64,000 nucleotides of DNA from the NCBI GenBank assembly GCA_903834195.1, contig CAILIB010000003.1, positions 5,477 through 69,476 on the forward strand, in the 5' to 3' direction. The notes below the pieces were generated by a model. The model saw only the letters and a list, made by a program, of their open reading frames with translations. It was not told the DNA's origin and did no database searches. This DNA is from an uncultured Candidatus Berkelbacteria bacterium (GTDB taxonomy: Bacteria; Patescibacteriota; UBA1384; CAILIB01). A program made the translations under genes and the position numbers. This document shows, one piece after another, positions 37,480-47,600 of this stretch (within the stretch, counting starts at the first letter, position 1; each line of letters begins with the position of its first letter).

Positions 37480-38668
37480 GCTTGACGTAACGGCGTGGCC
37501 CTACTTGTAACAGACTACCTGATTCTATTGCAACTACAGCCTCAGTATCCGTTACTTTCTCGTTATTGAACTTTACTGCACCCTCACGAACCAGCTGCCG
37601 TGCTTCTGTTTTGCTTTTGGCAAAAGTACTAACAATAAGTAAATCAACAATCGAAATTTCCGAACCTTCAACGTGTAATTCAGGAATATCAGTCGGAAGC
37701 TGTTTCTCACTAAACTGATTCATGTACTCCTGACGAGTTGTCTTCGCCACATCTTCGCCGTGATACAACGCCACCAGACGCTCTGACATATCAAGTTTAA
37801 TATCACGCGGATTTTCACCAGAAGCAATTCGCGTAGCTAATTCTTCCTTAGTAAACGGAAGGGCGGGCTGTGGAAATACAATCAGGAAATCAGCCATTAG
37901 ATCGTCACGCAAAGTCATGAACTTACCAAACTTGTCTTTTGGTGTATCAAGCAGAAAAATTCCATTGCCGTAACTTGAACTCATCTTGCGACCATCCATA
38001 CCGCTCACCAGTGGATTCACAATAATAGCTTGCTGACGCTTGCCAGCCTGTTCTTGAAGAGTACGTCCTGCGAGTAGATTAAACCACTGATCGGTACCCC
38101 CAAGCTCAACGTCGGCTTCTACAGCAATCGAATCGTAGCCCTGCATAAGAGGATAGAGCATTTCACGCAACGAAACACGTCCACCTTTTTCCAAACGCTT
38201 TGCTACAAGCTCGCGTTTTATAAACGTATTCACCGAGAAGGCATCAGCCAGATGGCTGATTTTTCCTAATGAAAGCGAATTCAACCAGGTTGAATTATGA
38301 TGAAAGGTAACTTGATCTTTGCGTTCTGGGTTGAGAACCATCCAAAGCTGCTCTTCGTAGCGAGCCATATTTTCTGTAACTTGCTCCTCGGAAAGCATCG
38401 GCCGTTCTGAATCTTTATCTGAAGTATCCCCAACTTGACCGGTAAAATCACCAATAATGAGTTCAATTTTGTGACCAAGCTCCTGAAAGGCACGGAGGCG
38501 CCACAAAACTATTGCGCGACCAATGTGAATATTAGCGCTGGTAGGGTCAATTCCGAGCTTTACGTGCAAAACTTCGCCAGCATCAATTCGCTTTTTAGCA
38601 TCATCAATACCGACCTGATCTGCAACTGCGTACGAGAAAATATCGTCTTGTGAAAATTTGAGTTCCAT
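37472..38668 (-). CDS. tyrS: Tyrosine--tRNA ligase
   Basis: GIDPTSANIHIGRAIVL (HIGH region), KMSSS (KMSKS) and a C-terminal S4-like domain. The ATG at 38668 (MELKFSQDD) is preferred over the track's TTG at 38704. Confidence 0.85.
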   Translation of the reverse strand: MELKFSQDDIFSYAVADQVGIDDAKKRIDAGEVLHVKLGIDPTSANIHIGRAIVLWRLRAFQELGHKIELIIGDFTGQVGDTSDKDSERPMLSEEQVTENMARYEEQLWMVLNPERKDQVTFHHNSTWLNSLSLGKISHLADAFSVNTFIKRELVAKRLEKGGRVSLREMLYPLMQGYDSIAVEADVELGGTDQWFNLLAGRTLQEQAGKRQQAIIVNPLVSGMDGRKMSSSYGNGIFLLDTPKDKFGKFMTLRDDLMADFLIVFPQPALPFTKEELATRIASGENPRDIKLDMSERLVALYHGEDVAKTTRQEYMNQFSEKQLPTDIPELHVEGSEISIVDLLIVSTFAKSKTEARQLVREGAVKFNNEKVTDTEAVVAIESGSLLQVGPRRYVKLI

Positions 38669-38708
38669 ACCTGTAACTTTAGCGTGTATTATGCTATTCT
38701 TCAATCAC

Positions 38709-41700
38709 ATGAAGCGTTCAAACAAGCGGCCAACCAGTCGCCTCAACCCTCTCGATTTACGGAAGACCGGCGGCAAGCTCCCAAAGAGCGGAATTGCTTC
38801 TACGCAAACCGAAAAGCTTCCCTTCTGGAAACGTCTCATCCCTTTCCAAAAAGGGTTCAAATTTTCTTGGAAAAAGTTTCTCCTCGGCATTCTCATACTT
38901 ATTGTGCTGCTATTTATCGCAATTGCAGCAGTTTTTGCGTACTACGTTCGCGACCTTCCGAACCCAACCAAGCTCATTGATCAAGTAGTTAACCAGTCAA
39001 CTAAAATTCTTGACCGTAATGGCACGCTCATATACTCGTTTCACGGTGATCAAAACCGCACACTCGTTACACTGGATAACATCAGTCCTAACCTCAAAAA
39101 TGCAACATTAGCGGTTGAGGATGCCAACTTTTATAACGAAAGTGGTTTTGCTGTTAAAGGAATTGCTCGCGCAGTGTACTGTCGTATCAATTCTCATTGC
39201 GGACTTGAATCTGGTGGTGGTTCAACAATTACTCAACAGTTCGTTAAGAACGCAATTCAAAGTGTAGACACAGCTTCAGGTAAGCCTGCAATTGCCTTCA
39301 CAAACCGGACACTCAGCGACAAAGTCAAAGAACTTATTCTTTCAATTGAAGTTGAACAGCGCTATAGCAAAGACGACATTCTAACTGGATACCTCAATAA
39401 CATCTCGTACGGAAACAGCACATACGGTATCGAGGCTGCTTCTGAGACCTACTTTGGTGTACATGCTAAAGATCTTACATTATCACAGGCCGCCACTCTT
39501 GCTGCCATCCCACAGCTGCCAACCTACTATTCTCCATACGGCACTCATCTCGATAAGCTTATGGCACGCAAAGCACTCGTACTCGATCGCATGGTAAAGG
39601 TTGGATATATTTCTCAGGCTGACGCTGACAAAGCAAAAACCGATGCACCTACATTAGACAACCCTTCATTTGCCAAACAAGGCGGGCTCGTTGCGCCTCA
39701 CTTCACATTCTTTGTTCGCCAGGCATTGATCGACTTTATCGGTGGTGACCCTGCAACTGCTGAACAGCGCCTCGATAGTTCCGGTATGATTGTCCACACC
39801 TCACTCGACATGAACACCCAAAACCTTGCCCAAGGTATCCTTGAAAACATGGGTCCTAATGCAGTCAAAAAATACAACGCTACAAACGCCGCCCTATCAG
39901 CTGTAGATCCAAATACAGGCGAAATTCTGGCTATGGTAGGTAGTATCGATTACACATCTTCAAAATCGGGAAATACAAACTTTGCTACAGCCGCACTGCA
40001 GCCGGGGTCATCATTCAAACCATTTGTATATGCAACTGAGTTTGATCCGGATCATAAAAAATCCCCTGCATCTATTACGTATGACGTGCCAACCGATTTT
40101 GGTGGTGGCTATGCACCAAATAACTATGATGGTAAATTCCGCGGCCCAATTACTGACCGTCTTGCCCTCGCAGGATCATTGAACATTCCAGCTGTAAAGA
40201 ACTTTTACATGGCCGGGAGCAAACAATCAATTGATACAGCACACCGCATGGGAATTACCACGTTAAATGCTGATCCTAGTACATACGGATTATCTCTCGT
40301 TCTTGGTAGTGGAGAAGTCCGCGGTGTGGACATGGCAAACTCATATGGAACATTCGCAAACGGCGGAACCGCACATGCACTTCGACCAATTTTATACATC
40401 GAACAAAGTGGCAAAACAATTAAAGACTATCGCACAGATGCAGGTAAAAAAGCCATTGAACCAGAAGTTGCCTACGAAATTAGCAACATCTTAAGTGATG
40501 TAAACGCTAAGCGACCAGTCTTTGGTTCACTTGTGAATAACCTTACGCTGTCCGATCGTACGGTAGCTGCTAAAACCGGTACAACTCAAAGCTTCCGAGA
40601 CAGTTGGACAGTTGGATACACTCCTCAAATTGCAGTTGCAGTTTGGGTAGGAAATAACGATCCTGGCAAAACCATGAATTCAGGCTCTGATGGATCAGTT
40701 GTTGCTGCCCCGATTTGGAAACAGTTTATGACGCAATACCTCGCTGGTAAGCCAGTGCTTGATTTCACAAAGCCAGATGACATCACGACGTTCACTGTTG
40801 ATAAGCTATCTGGGAAAATTCCTACTGATCAAACCCCGACCACTGACGGTTCTCGCATTACAGATATTTTTGCACCATGGCAGATTCCAAAAGACTTCGA
40901 CGATGTTCATCAACTTGTTAAAATTGATAAAGTTTCAGGCAAGCTTGCAACAAGTCTAACCCCTGCCGAAGACATCGTTGATCAGTTCTATTTCAATGTA
41001 CATTCTGAGGAACCCGACAAACCAAACTGGGAAAATCCTGTGCAAGCATGGGCATTGGCAAATGGCGGCGGATCAACTCCTCCAACCGCAACTGATGATG
41101 TACATACCGACACAAATAAACCAACAATTTCGATTACCGCTCCGGCTAATAATTCAACAATTACTGGACCATTTACTATCACTACAAGTGTAGGTGGACC
41201 ACAAGCAATCACAAAAGTTGAATTCTTTATTAACAATGTTTCAGTTGGAACTGCAACTCAAGCACCATGGCAACTTGACTATGATGCAAGTTCTCTTCCA
41301 TCTGGAAGTGAAATTATTGAGACTACAGTAACGAATAGCTTAGGACTCACAAGCTCTACGCAGATTACCGTAACTAAAGGTGATGCTGCCCCACCAACTC
41401 CACCAGAAATTCCTGGACCAGTTACGAGTGCCACCGCAACCAATGGAATGATTCACCCAGTCCTTAAAGCAGTTCATTTAAGTTGGCTGAACCCTGCGAG
41501 CACTGCACTGAGTTCAGTTGTAATTTATCAATCAAGCACAAGCACCGCACTTGGAACACAGGTAAAAAGCCTTGCAGCTACTTCAGGAGCAGCAGCATCA
41601 ACTGATATTACAATAACAACCCCTGGAACATATTACTTTACGATTAGAACTGCAAATTCAGCCGGTGACCAGAATACTCCTGGCGTAACCGTAATGGCAC

Positions 41701-41714
41701 AAGTACTACCGTAA
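38709..41714 (+). CDS. Class A penicillin-binding protein (PBP1A family: glycosyltransferase + transpeptidase) with an Ig-like/FN3-like C-terminal extension
   Basis: The ATG at 38709 (MKRSNKRP...) is preferred. GT51 motifs are AVEDANFY and GGSTITQQ. Transpeptidase motifs are SSFKP (SxxK) and KTGTT. The last ~280 aa are T/S/P-rich beta-type domains. Confidence 0.9.
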   Translation: MKRSNKRPTSRLNPLDLRKTGGKLPKSGIASTQTEKLPFWKRLIPFQKGFKFSWKKFLLGILILIVLLFIAIAAVFAYYVRDLPNPTKLIDQVVNQSTKILDRNGTLIYSFHGDQNRTLVTLDNISPNLKNATLAVEDANFYNESGFAVKGIARAVYCRINSHCGLESGGGSTITQQFVKNAIQSVDTASGKPAIAFTNRTLSDKVKELILSIEVEQRYSKDDILTGYLNNISYGNSTYGIEAASETYFGVHAKDLTLSQAATLAAIPQLPTYYSPYGTHLDKLMARKALVLDRMVKVGYISQADADKAKTDAPTLDNPSFAKQGGLVAPHFTFFVRQALIDFIGGDPATAEQRLDSSGMIVHTSLDMNTQNLAQGILENMGPNAVKKYNATNAALSAVDPNTGEILAMVGSIDYTSSKSGNTNFATAALQPGSSFKPFVYATEFDPDHKKSPASITYDVPTDFGGGYAPNNYDGKFRGPITDRLALAGSLNIPAVKNFYMAGSKQSIDTAHRMGITTLNADPSTYGLSLVLGSGEVRGVDMANSYGTFANGGTAHALRPILYIEQSGKTIKDYRTDAGKKAIEPEVAYEISNILSDVNAKRPVFGSLVNNLTLSDRTVAAKTGTTQSFRDSWTVGYTPQIAVAVWVGNNDPGKTMNSGSDGSVVAAPIWKQFMTQYLAGKPVLDFTKPDDITTFTVDKLSGKIPTDQTPTTDGSRITDIFAPWQIPKDFDDVHQLVKIDKVSGKLATSLTPAEDIVDQFYFNVHSEEPDKPNWENPVQAWALANGGGSTPPTATDDVHTDTNKPTISITAPANNSTITGPFTITTSVGGPQAITKVEFFINNVSVGTATQAPWQLDYDASSLPSGSEIIETTVTNSLGLTSSTQITVTKGDAAPPTPPEIPGPVTSATATNGMIHPVLKAVHLSWLNPASTALSSVVIYQSSTSTALGTQVKSLAATSGAAASTDITITTPGTYYFTIRTANSAGDQNTPGVTVMAQVLP

Positions 41715-43061
41715 CTAGAGTTCCTTCGACGAGCCTTTTTTCTCTATTCCTAGTGCCTTTAAGAGCTGTTTCAGCTCTTTTTGGTAACCTGTATGTGTGT
41801 ATCCGAGTTGCTCGATTTCTTTTTCGCGACGAGCTTGTTGTTGGACACGTCGTACCTCTCCACCTAGTCCAACTTCACCGATAACACAAAGCTTCTCGTC
41901 GAGTGTTTTGTTTAGTGCTGCAGAAGCAAGTGCTACACACACAGCAGCATCAACAGCCGGATCTTTAATTTTCATACCGCCAACAACGTTCACAAAAACA
42001 TCTTGACTACTTAAATCAATTCCTGCACGACGCTGCAGGACTGCAAGAAGTAGGTTGAGACGATTTAAATCAAACCCCGAGGCAGTTCGACGCGGATATC
42101 CGAACACACTTGGAACTGTAAGCGCCTGAATTTCTACAAGCATTGGACGACTTCCTTCCATGACAGTGGAGAGAATAGAACCAGGTACTTGAACTCGTTC
42201 ACCGAGCAAAAACTGAGCTGGGTTTGTAACTTCTTGGAGACCTTTTTCTCCCATTGCAAGGAGGCCGGTTTCACTAATATCACCAAACCGATTTTTTACT
42301 GCCCGTAATATACGAAGGTCGTGCTGCGAATCTCCTTCTAAGTACAGAACTACATCAACTAAGTGTTCTAGTGTACGAGGCCCTGCAACTGTACCCTCTT
42401 TTGTAATGTGACCTACAAGCACAACTGGAACACCAATTCCTTTAGCGAGTTGTTGAATACGAATTGCAGTCTCGCGGACTTGCACGATACTTCCCGGAGT
42501 AGAGGGGAAAGCTGGATCGTACATAGTCTGAATAGAATCAATAATAACCAAGGCTGGCTTTTCGTTCTCAATTTGTGCAGCAATACTATCTACGTTTGTA
42601 GCTGCAAGTACATGCACCGCATCTGCTTCGGCACCAAGACGCTCGGAACGCAATTTAATTTGCTCAGGAGATTCTTCACCGCTTACATATAACACAACAC
42701 CTTCAACATGCGCTGCAACTTGAAGTAATAATGTACTTTTACCTATTCCTGGATCACCACCCAGTAAAATAACACTTCCTGGGACAATGCCACCACCAAG
42801 TACACGATCAACTTCTCCAACACCAGAGGAGCGCCGTACTAAACGCTCACCTTGTACATCACTCAGCTTCTGAACTTGTTGTGTAGTTTGCCCGCTATAC
42901 CCACCAGTACGTACATTTTTATTTCGCTCTGAACTTGTTGGAACAGAAAACTCTTTTAACGTATTCCACTCTCCACAGTTTGAACAACGCCCTTGCCACT
43001 GCAAGAACTCTTCACCGCAACTATTACAGACGAAAACTGTGGTTGATTTACTTTTAGCCAT
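41715..43061 (-). CDS. radA: DNA repair protein RadA
   Basis: 448 aa with an N-terminal zinc ribbon CNSCGEEFLQWQGRCSNCGEW, Walker A GGDPGIGKSTLLLQ, KNRFG, and a Lon-like C-terminal domain. Confidence 0.95.
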   Translation of the reverse strand: MAKSKSTTVFVCNSCGEEFLQWQGRCSNCGEWNTLKEFSVPTSSERNKNVRTGGYSGQTTQQVQKLSDVQGERLVRRSSGVGEVDRVLGGGIVPGSVILLGGDPGIGKSTLLLQVAAHVEGVVLYVSGEESPEQIKLRSERLGAEADAVHVLAATNVDSIAAQIENEKPALVIIDSIQTMYDPAFPSTPGSIVQVRETAIRIQQLAKGIGVPVVLVGHITKEGTVAGPRTLEHLVDVVLYLEGDSQHDLRILRAVKNRFGDISETGLLAMGEKGLQEVTNPAQFLLGERVQVPGSILSTVMEGSRPMLVEIQALTVPSVFGYPRRTASGFDLNRLNLLLAVLQRRAGIDLSSQDVFVNVVGGMKIKDPAVDAAVCVALASAALNKTLDEKLCVIGEVGLGGEVRRVQQQARREKEIEQLGYTHTGYQKELKQLLKALGIEKKGSSKEL

Positions 43062-43121
43062 ACAGTTACTATACCGAACAAATTACGAAGTTCAACACTA
43101 GTACAGTGTGGAGTAGCAAAA

Positions 43122-44768
43122 CTAATCTAGAGAAATAATATTTTGAATATGGCAAACCGGAGAAGAAACGTCCCGCCACGTTTCACATTCAACTGTATAC
43201 ACTACTCGGTACATTCCCCCATCTTGAACATCTCTATCCCCTTGCTGAAATGCAATTGCTTTTTTTCGTACCGATCCTTCAGTTAAAAACCCACTCAAGT
43301 GTTGTCCAGTACTCCCAACTTTTCGCAGCCCATTAAGAGTGCACACAGTCTCAAAAAGAGGTCGTGAAAACCCAATTCCAAATGGCTCCATCTCTTCAAG
43401 TGCAGTGCATAAATCAAGGGTTACATCACTCAAATTAAGTTCTAATTCAGCCGTTCGTTCAGCAGCACGTCGTAAATCTGCCAATGTAAACCCTTGCGCC
43501 TGAACATATGTAGATAACTTTGTTCGAAACTGATCGATATCCCCGATAAAGGTAAGTCCTGCAGCTTTTGTATGCCCACCAAACCGCTCCAATTCATCCT
43601 TACTCGCCTCTAACATCTCAACAGCATGAACTGCACCCACACTCCGTACTGAACCCTTAATTACCCCATCTTCTGGTGCCAAAGCGATAACAGGACGTTT
43701 ATATCTATCCATAAGCCTACTCGCAACTAAGCCTATTACCCCTGTTGACCACGTCTCGTGAAACACAACTAATACAAGTGCATCGTCCATTTCACTTGCC
43801 TGTCGCTCTGCTTCGAGTAGATGTGTATCAACTAATGCTTGGCGCTCAGTGTTTTGGTCTGTAAGATGTCGTGCAAGTTGAGCAGCTTGCCGAGCATCAC
43901 TCGTAATTAAAAGCTGCACTGCTGCATTTACGCCTGCAACTAATTCATTGTGCATTCGTGAAGGAGCATTAATGCGCGGAGCAATCTTAAATCCAACATC
44001 ACCTGCGGATACTGTATCAATTTGAACTCCAGCAGACTCAACTAATGCGCGTATTCCCACATTTTTGCTTTTTTGTAACACGTGTAACCCATATCGAGCA
44101 AATAAGCGATTTTCACCTACAAGAGGAACCATATCCGCAATTGTAGAAATTGCCACTAAATCCAGCTCCCATTTCAACTGCTGCACATCTTCACTTCGTG
44201 AGACATACAACTGCTCAACTACCTTCCAGGATAAGCCGCAGGCACACATCTCTTTAAACTCGTACGGGCAATTTTCTTGCTTAGGATTAATAATTGCAAG
44301 TGCACGATCGGCTATCTCACCAACTTGTGGTTCATGGTGATCAATTACAATGACATCAATTCCTGCATCTGCAATTTGAGCAATTTCCGCCTTTGCAACC
44401 GTCCCATTATCCACCGTGATAAGTAACCTAGGTGCACGAGAAATAACCTCAGCAACTATTACCGAAGTTAACCCATACCCTTGTGCACGACTTGGAATAA
44501 GTGGCACAACTTTCATGCCCAATGTACTCAAAGTTCGTACAAGTAAGGCTGTTGCTGGCACGCCGTCAGCATCATAATCCCCGAAGATTAAAACCTCTTC
44601 AGCTAACTCAATAGCCTTATTTAACCGAGAAACAACGACATCCATACCAAGCATTTTGGATGCATCATACTGATCTTTGTAAAAATCAGGTCGCAAAAAA
44701 TGCTCCTGTTCAGCAAGTGGTATTCCACGACCAACTAAGATCTTTTCTAATATCGGATTAACTGACAT
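43122..44768 (-). CDS. recJ: Single-stranded-DNA-specific exonuclease RecJ
   Basis: 548 aa with DHH-family motifs IFGDYDADGV, TVDNG and VIVIDHHEP, plus a DHHA1-like region GGHTKAAG. Confidence 0.9.
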   Translation of the reverse strand: MSVNPILEKILVGRGIPLAEQEHFLRPDFYKDQYDASKMLGMDVVVSRLNKAIELAEEVLIFGDYDADGVPATALLVRTLSTLGMKVVPLIPSRAQGYGLTSVIVAEVISRAPRLLITVDNGTVAKAEIAQIADAGIDVIVIDHHEPQVGEIADRALAIINPKQENCPYEFKEMCACGLSWKVVEQLYVSRSEDVQQLKWELDLVAISTIADMVPLVGENRLFARYGLHVLQKSKNVGIRALVESAGVQIDTVSAGDVGFKIAPRINAPSRMHNELVAGVNAAVQLLITSDARQAAQLARHLTDQNTERQALVDTHLLEAERQASEMDDALVLVVFHETWSTGVIGLVASRLMDRYKRPVIALAPEDGVIKGSVRSVGAVHAVEMLEASKDELERFGGHTKAAGLTFIGDIDQFRTKLSTYVQAQGFTLADLRRAAERTAELELNLSDVTLDLCTALEEMEPFGIGFSRPLFETVCTLNGLRKVGSTGQHLSGFLTEGSVRKKAIAFQQGDRDVQDGGMYRVVYTVECETWRDVSSPVCHIQNIISLD

Positions 44769-45573
44769 ACGCCCAACGATCTATGCGCAGGTCGACGTGA
44801 GAACTGGCAGTATTAACCTTATTCTGATGCACAAGACGTGTAAGGTTACGCACTTGCACACCCGCATCTCCCAACGTATTAAACTGAACTTGCATCCCCT
44901 CTTTTGTGAAGACAGTTAAATCATATGTACTATTTCCAACTTGAGCACTTGTTACATGTACACCTGGTAAATCTGTCAGAAAATCAGTTTGCAAAACTTC
45001 TATAAACGAGATGAATGTACGACCAACTAATGGCTTACCCAGTGTTACGTTAATATTTTTAGTATCAACTACATGCGGTAAACTGGCGATTTTGGCCCCT
45101 GCCGAACTTGCCACATCTGGAAGAGTGTCTTGAGTGTATTGAGTAAAAGCAATTCCCTGACTATCAACCAGAATCGACATACCATTACTTACCCACACAA
45201 AGGCAGGTTGTCGCTCAGTTATTACAAGACGAAGCGTATCTGGAATACCGCGTAGAATACTTACATTCGTAACGAGTGGATCCTGCGCAATGCCTTTGAG
45301 AATTGTATCTTTAGGCAAGAACCAAATACTTCCACCGAGTGGAACTGACTTACTAAGTTCATCAGGATTGCTGAGAATTACACCTTGAATATCAACTTTT
45401 CGTACTCGAAAAAAGGGACCAAAAAATACTGCATAGAGTAGGAGAATTGCACCAATACCAAGTGATACTTGTTTAACTGTACGAAAGAAAAAAGACCAGT
45501 CACGCCGTGGCTTCTGGAGACTACCGTAAATTTTGGGCATTTGACGTACGTAACGTCGAGGTGCGCGTGCCAT
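44758..45573 (-). CDS. ftsQ: Cell division protein FtsQ/DivIB-like
   Basis: 271 aa: a basic N-terminus, one TM helix (GIGAILLLYAVFFGPFF), then a POTRA-like VRKVDIQG. It sits at the end of the dcw cluster. Confidence 0.7.
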   Translation of the reverse strand: MARAPRRYVRQMPKIYGSLQKPRRDWSFFFRTVKQVSLGIGAILLLYAVFFGPFFRVRKVDIQGVILSNPDELSKSVPLGGSIWFLPKDTILKGIAQDPLVTNVSILRGIPDTLRLVITERQPAFVWVSNGMSILVDSQGIAFTQYTQDTLPDVASSAGAKIASLPHVVDTKNINVTLGKPLVGRTFISFIEVLQTDFLTDLPGVHVTSAQVGNSTYDLTVFTKEGMQVQFNTLGDAGVQVRNLTRLVHQNKVNTASSHVDLRIDRWAYVS

Positions 45574-45591
45574 ATACGTATTATACCTTAC

Positions 45592-46545
45592 TCATTCCCA
45601 TAGACCGATGCGTTCAAAGGCAGGGCGTAATTCTGCACCAGTTGCATGCCATGCTGCTTGTTGAATCTGTGTAACCATATTCCACACTGAACTCGCCGAT
45701 GGCTGCACCTTACCTTTTCGAAGGTAATTTCGATTGCGTTTTTCAACATACAATCCATCTACTCTAATCTTGTCGATTCCAGAAGCTGATAAAATTTCTT
45801 CAAGATTTTGATCTGGAAGAGGTAAAAAGAGTGGACCAAACACTTCACCTTTTGGAACTGATCGCGCCAACCCTTTTACTTGCTCAGTGATACGTCGAAT
45901 CAACTCATCACTCCTCACTGAGGTTAACTGGATATGAGCATTCAAAATGACAGGTCGAGGCTCATCAATTGAACGATCAACTCGTAGCTGCTGTAATTTC
46001 GTCAGACCACCATCTTTTGTTAACCAATCAGCTTTATACCGTACCATTGTTACATCAACTTTCATTTTTGTTGGAGGCATAAGCATAGTTACATAACGCA
46101 CTGACGAAAGTATATTCTGGCCATTTGCACCAGCATTCGTATATAATGCTCCCCCAATAGTTCCCCCCACTCCGTAGAGTGAAGTTAACCCGCCAAAACC
46201 CTGACTAGCTGCTGACGTAATAAAACGCTGTAATTGCATTCCACTATCAACAATCATCTGGCTATGGTCTGCGGTCATAACGCAATTTGATGAAAGGTTG
46301 TGGATAACTAAACCAGGAAAACCGCCATCAGAAAATAAAACTCCCTCTCCAGCACCTACTACTACATAGGGAACTTTCGCGTCAATTGCACCTTTTACAG
46401 CTTCTATAAGTTCAATGGCATCGTGAGCTATGGTGAAAAAATCTGTAGTTCCTCCAACACTCAGTGCATTAAATTGAGCCAAGGATACATTTTCCTCAAC
46501 CTGCGATATTCGTCGTAATAATTCAGCACGAACCCCACTCACCAT
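45592..46545 (-). CDS. MurB-like paralog with degenerate catalytic/FAD motifs
   Basis: 317 aa, clearly MurB-fold (ALSVGGTTDFF, GFPGLVIH, GFGGLTSLYGVGGTIGGALYTNAGANGQ). However, GxGSN is replaced by GAGEG, and the GS.F.N serine block is replaced by GEVFGPLF. Confidence 0.7.
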   Translation of the reverse strand: MVSGVRAELLRRISQVEENVSLAQFNALSVGGTTDFFTIAHDAIELIEAVKGAIDAKVPYVVVGAGEGVLFSDGGFPGLVIHNLSSNCVMTADHSQMIVDSGMQLQRFITSAASQGFGGLTSLYGVGGTIGGALYTNAGANGQNILSSVRYVTMLMPPTKMKVDVTMVRYKADWLTKDGGLTKLQQLRVDRSIDEPRPVILNAHIQLTSVRSDELIRRITEQVKGLARSVPKGEVFGPLFLPLPDQNLEEILSASGIDKIRVDGLYVEKRNRNYLRKGKVQPSASSVWNMVTQIQQAAWHATGAELRPAFERIGLWE

Positions 46546-47600
46546 ACAAATCGTTCACCATTTTCAGTAATACACTCGGCTTCAGGATGCAGTGTCACAC
46601 CATACTTTTCCTTAACGGTTTCTCGAACTTGCTGAACGAGTGCAATAAAATCAGCCTGAGTGCCCGTGCCTAAATTTGTAATAAAATTTCCATGTGTTGG
46701 ATACACCTGCATACCTCCATACTGCCTCCCTAATTGACCAGAAAATTCTACATAATACCCTGCAGCACCTGAAGTCTCACCAGCAGGTATTTCAGAAGGT
46801 TCCAAATTCTGAAATACAGAACCACAGTTTGCAGCTATTGGCTGAATAGTATTTTTAGTTTTTGTCCAATCTAAATACTGCGTCTTCGCAGCTGCTATTT
46901 GTTCTGTAGGAGCTGCAAATAATCGTAGAATTACTGAGGTAATTACCTCAGTACTTGTGTGAAATCGACTATAATCATAGCCAAATTCGGATTCATTTAC
47001 TGGGTAGAACCGAGTTTCGCCTTTTCCATCTCGTGACACACAGTTAACACCAACTATTACTTCTGATAGTAAATGTTTTTCACCATGAATATTATTAAAT
47101 ACTGCCCCACCTACGTTACAAGGAATTCGTGCAAACCAATGCAATCCAGTTAACCCTTGATTCAAAGACCACATAACAGCCTGTCCCCAGGCAACTCCTG
47201 CACCTAGTTCCACATATGTCGGAGCGCCTTCAGACACAACTTTTCCTTCTAACGCCAGATACTTTTCTCCTTCTCCACGAGCATATCTTGGTGCAGCATT
47301 ATATGGTTCAATTTTATCATACTTTTTCATACTCACTTCATCGCTCGATAAGACAGTGCACAAAGTAAGAGCAGGTTGAATTACCAACCCATCCATACCA
47401 GCATCGGCAAAAAGTATATCACTACCACCACCAATTATTCTGGTTTTAATATCTGCTTCTTGGGCCAGAATAAGATCTTCCTGCAATTCTTCGATGGTTG
47501 TTGGTCGAGAAAAATAGGCAATTTCACCACCAACTTTAATACTCGTCAACTGACTTCCGAGTACACCTTTTTTCCAACGCTCAGGAATTACTGTCGCCAT
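46539..47600 (-). CDS. murB: UDP-N-acetylenolpyruvoylglucosamine reductase
   Basis: 353 aa with SIKVGGEIAYF, IGGGSDILF, ARIPCNVGGAVFNNIHG, CGSVFQN, HGNFITN and LHPEAE. Confidence 0.85.
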   Translation of the reverse strand: MATVIPERWKKGVLGSQLTSIKVGGEIAYFSRPTTIEELQEDLILAQEADIKTRIIGGGSDILFADAGMDGLVIQPALTLCTVLSSDEVSMKKYDKIEPYNAAPRYARGEGEKYLALEGKVVSEGAPTYVELGAGVAWGQAVMWSLNQGLTGLHWFARIPCNVGGAVFNNIHGEKHLLSEVIVGVNCVSRDGKGETRFYPVNESEFGYDYSRFHTSTEVITSVILRLFAAPTEQIAAAKTQYLDWTKTKNTIQPIAANCGSVFQNLEPSEIPAGETSGAAGYYVEFSGQLGRQYGGMQVYPTHGNFITNLGTGTQADFIALVQQVRETVKEKYGVTLHPEAECITENGERFVW

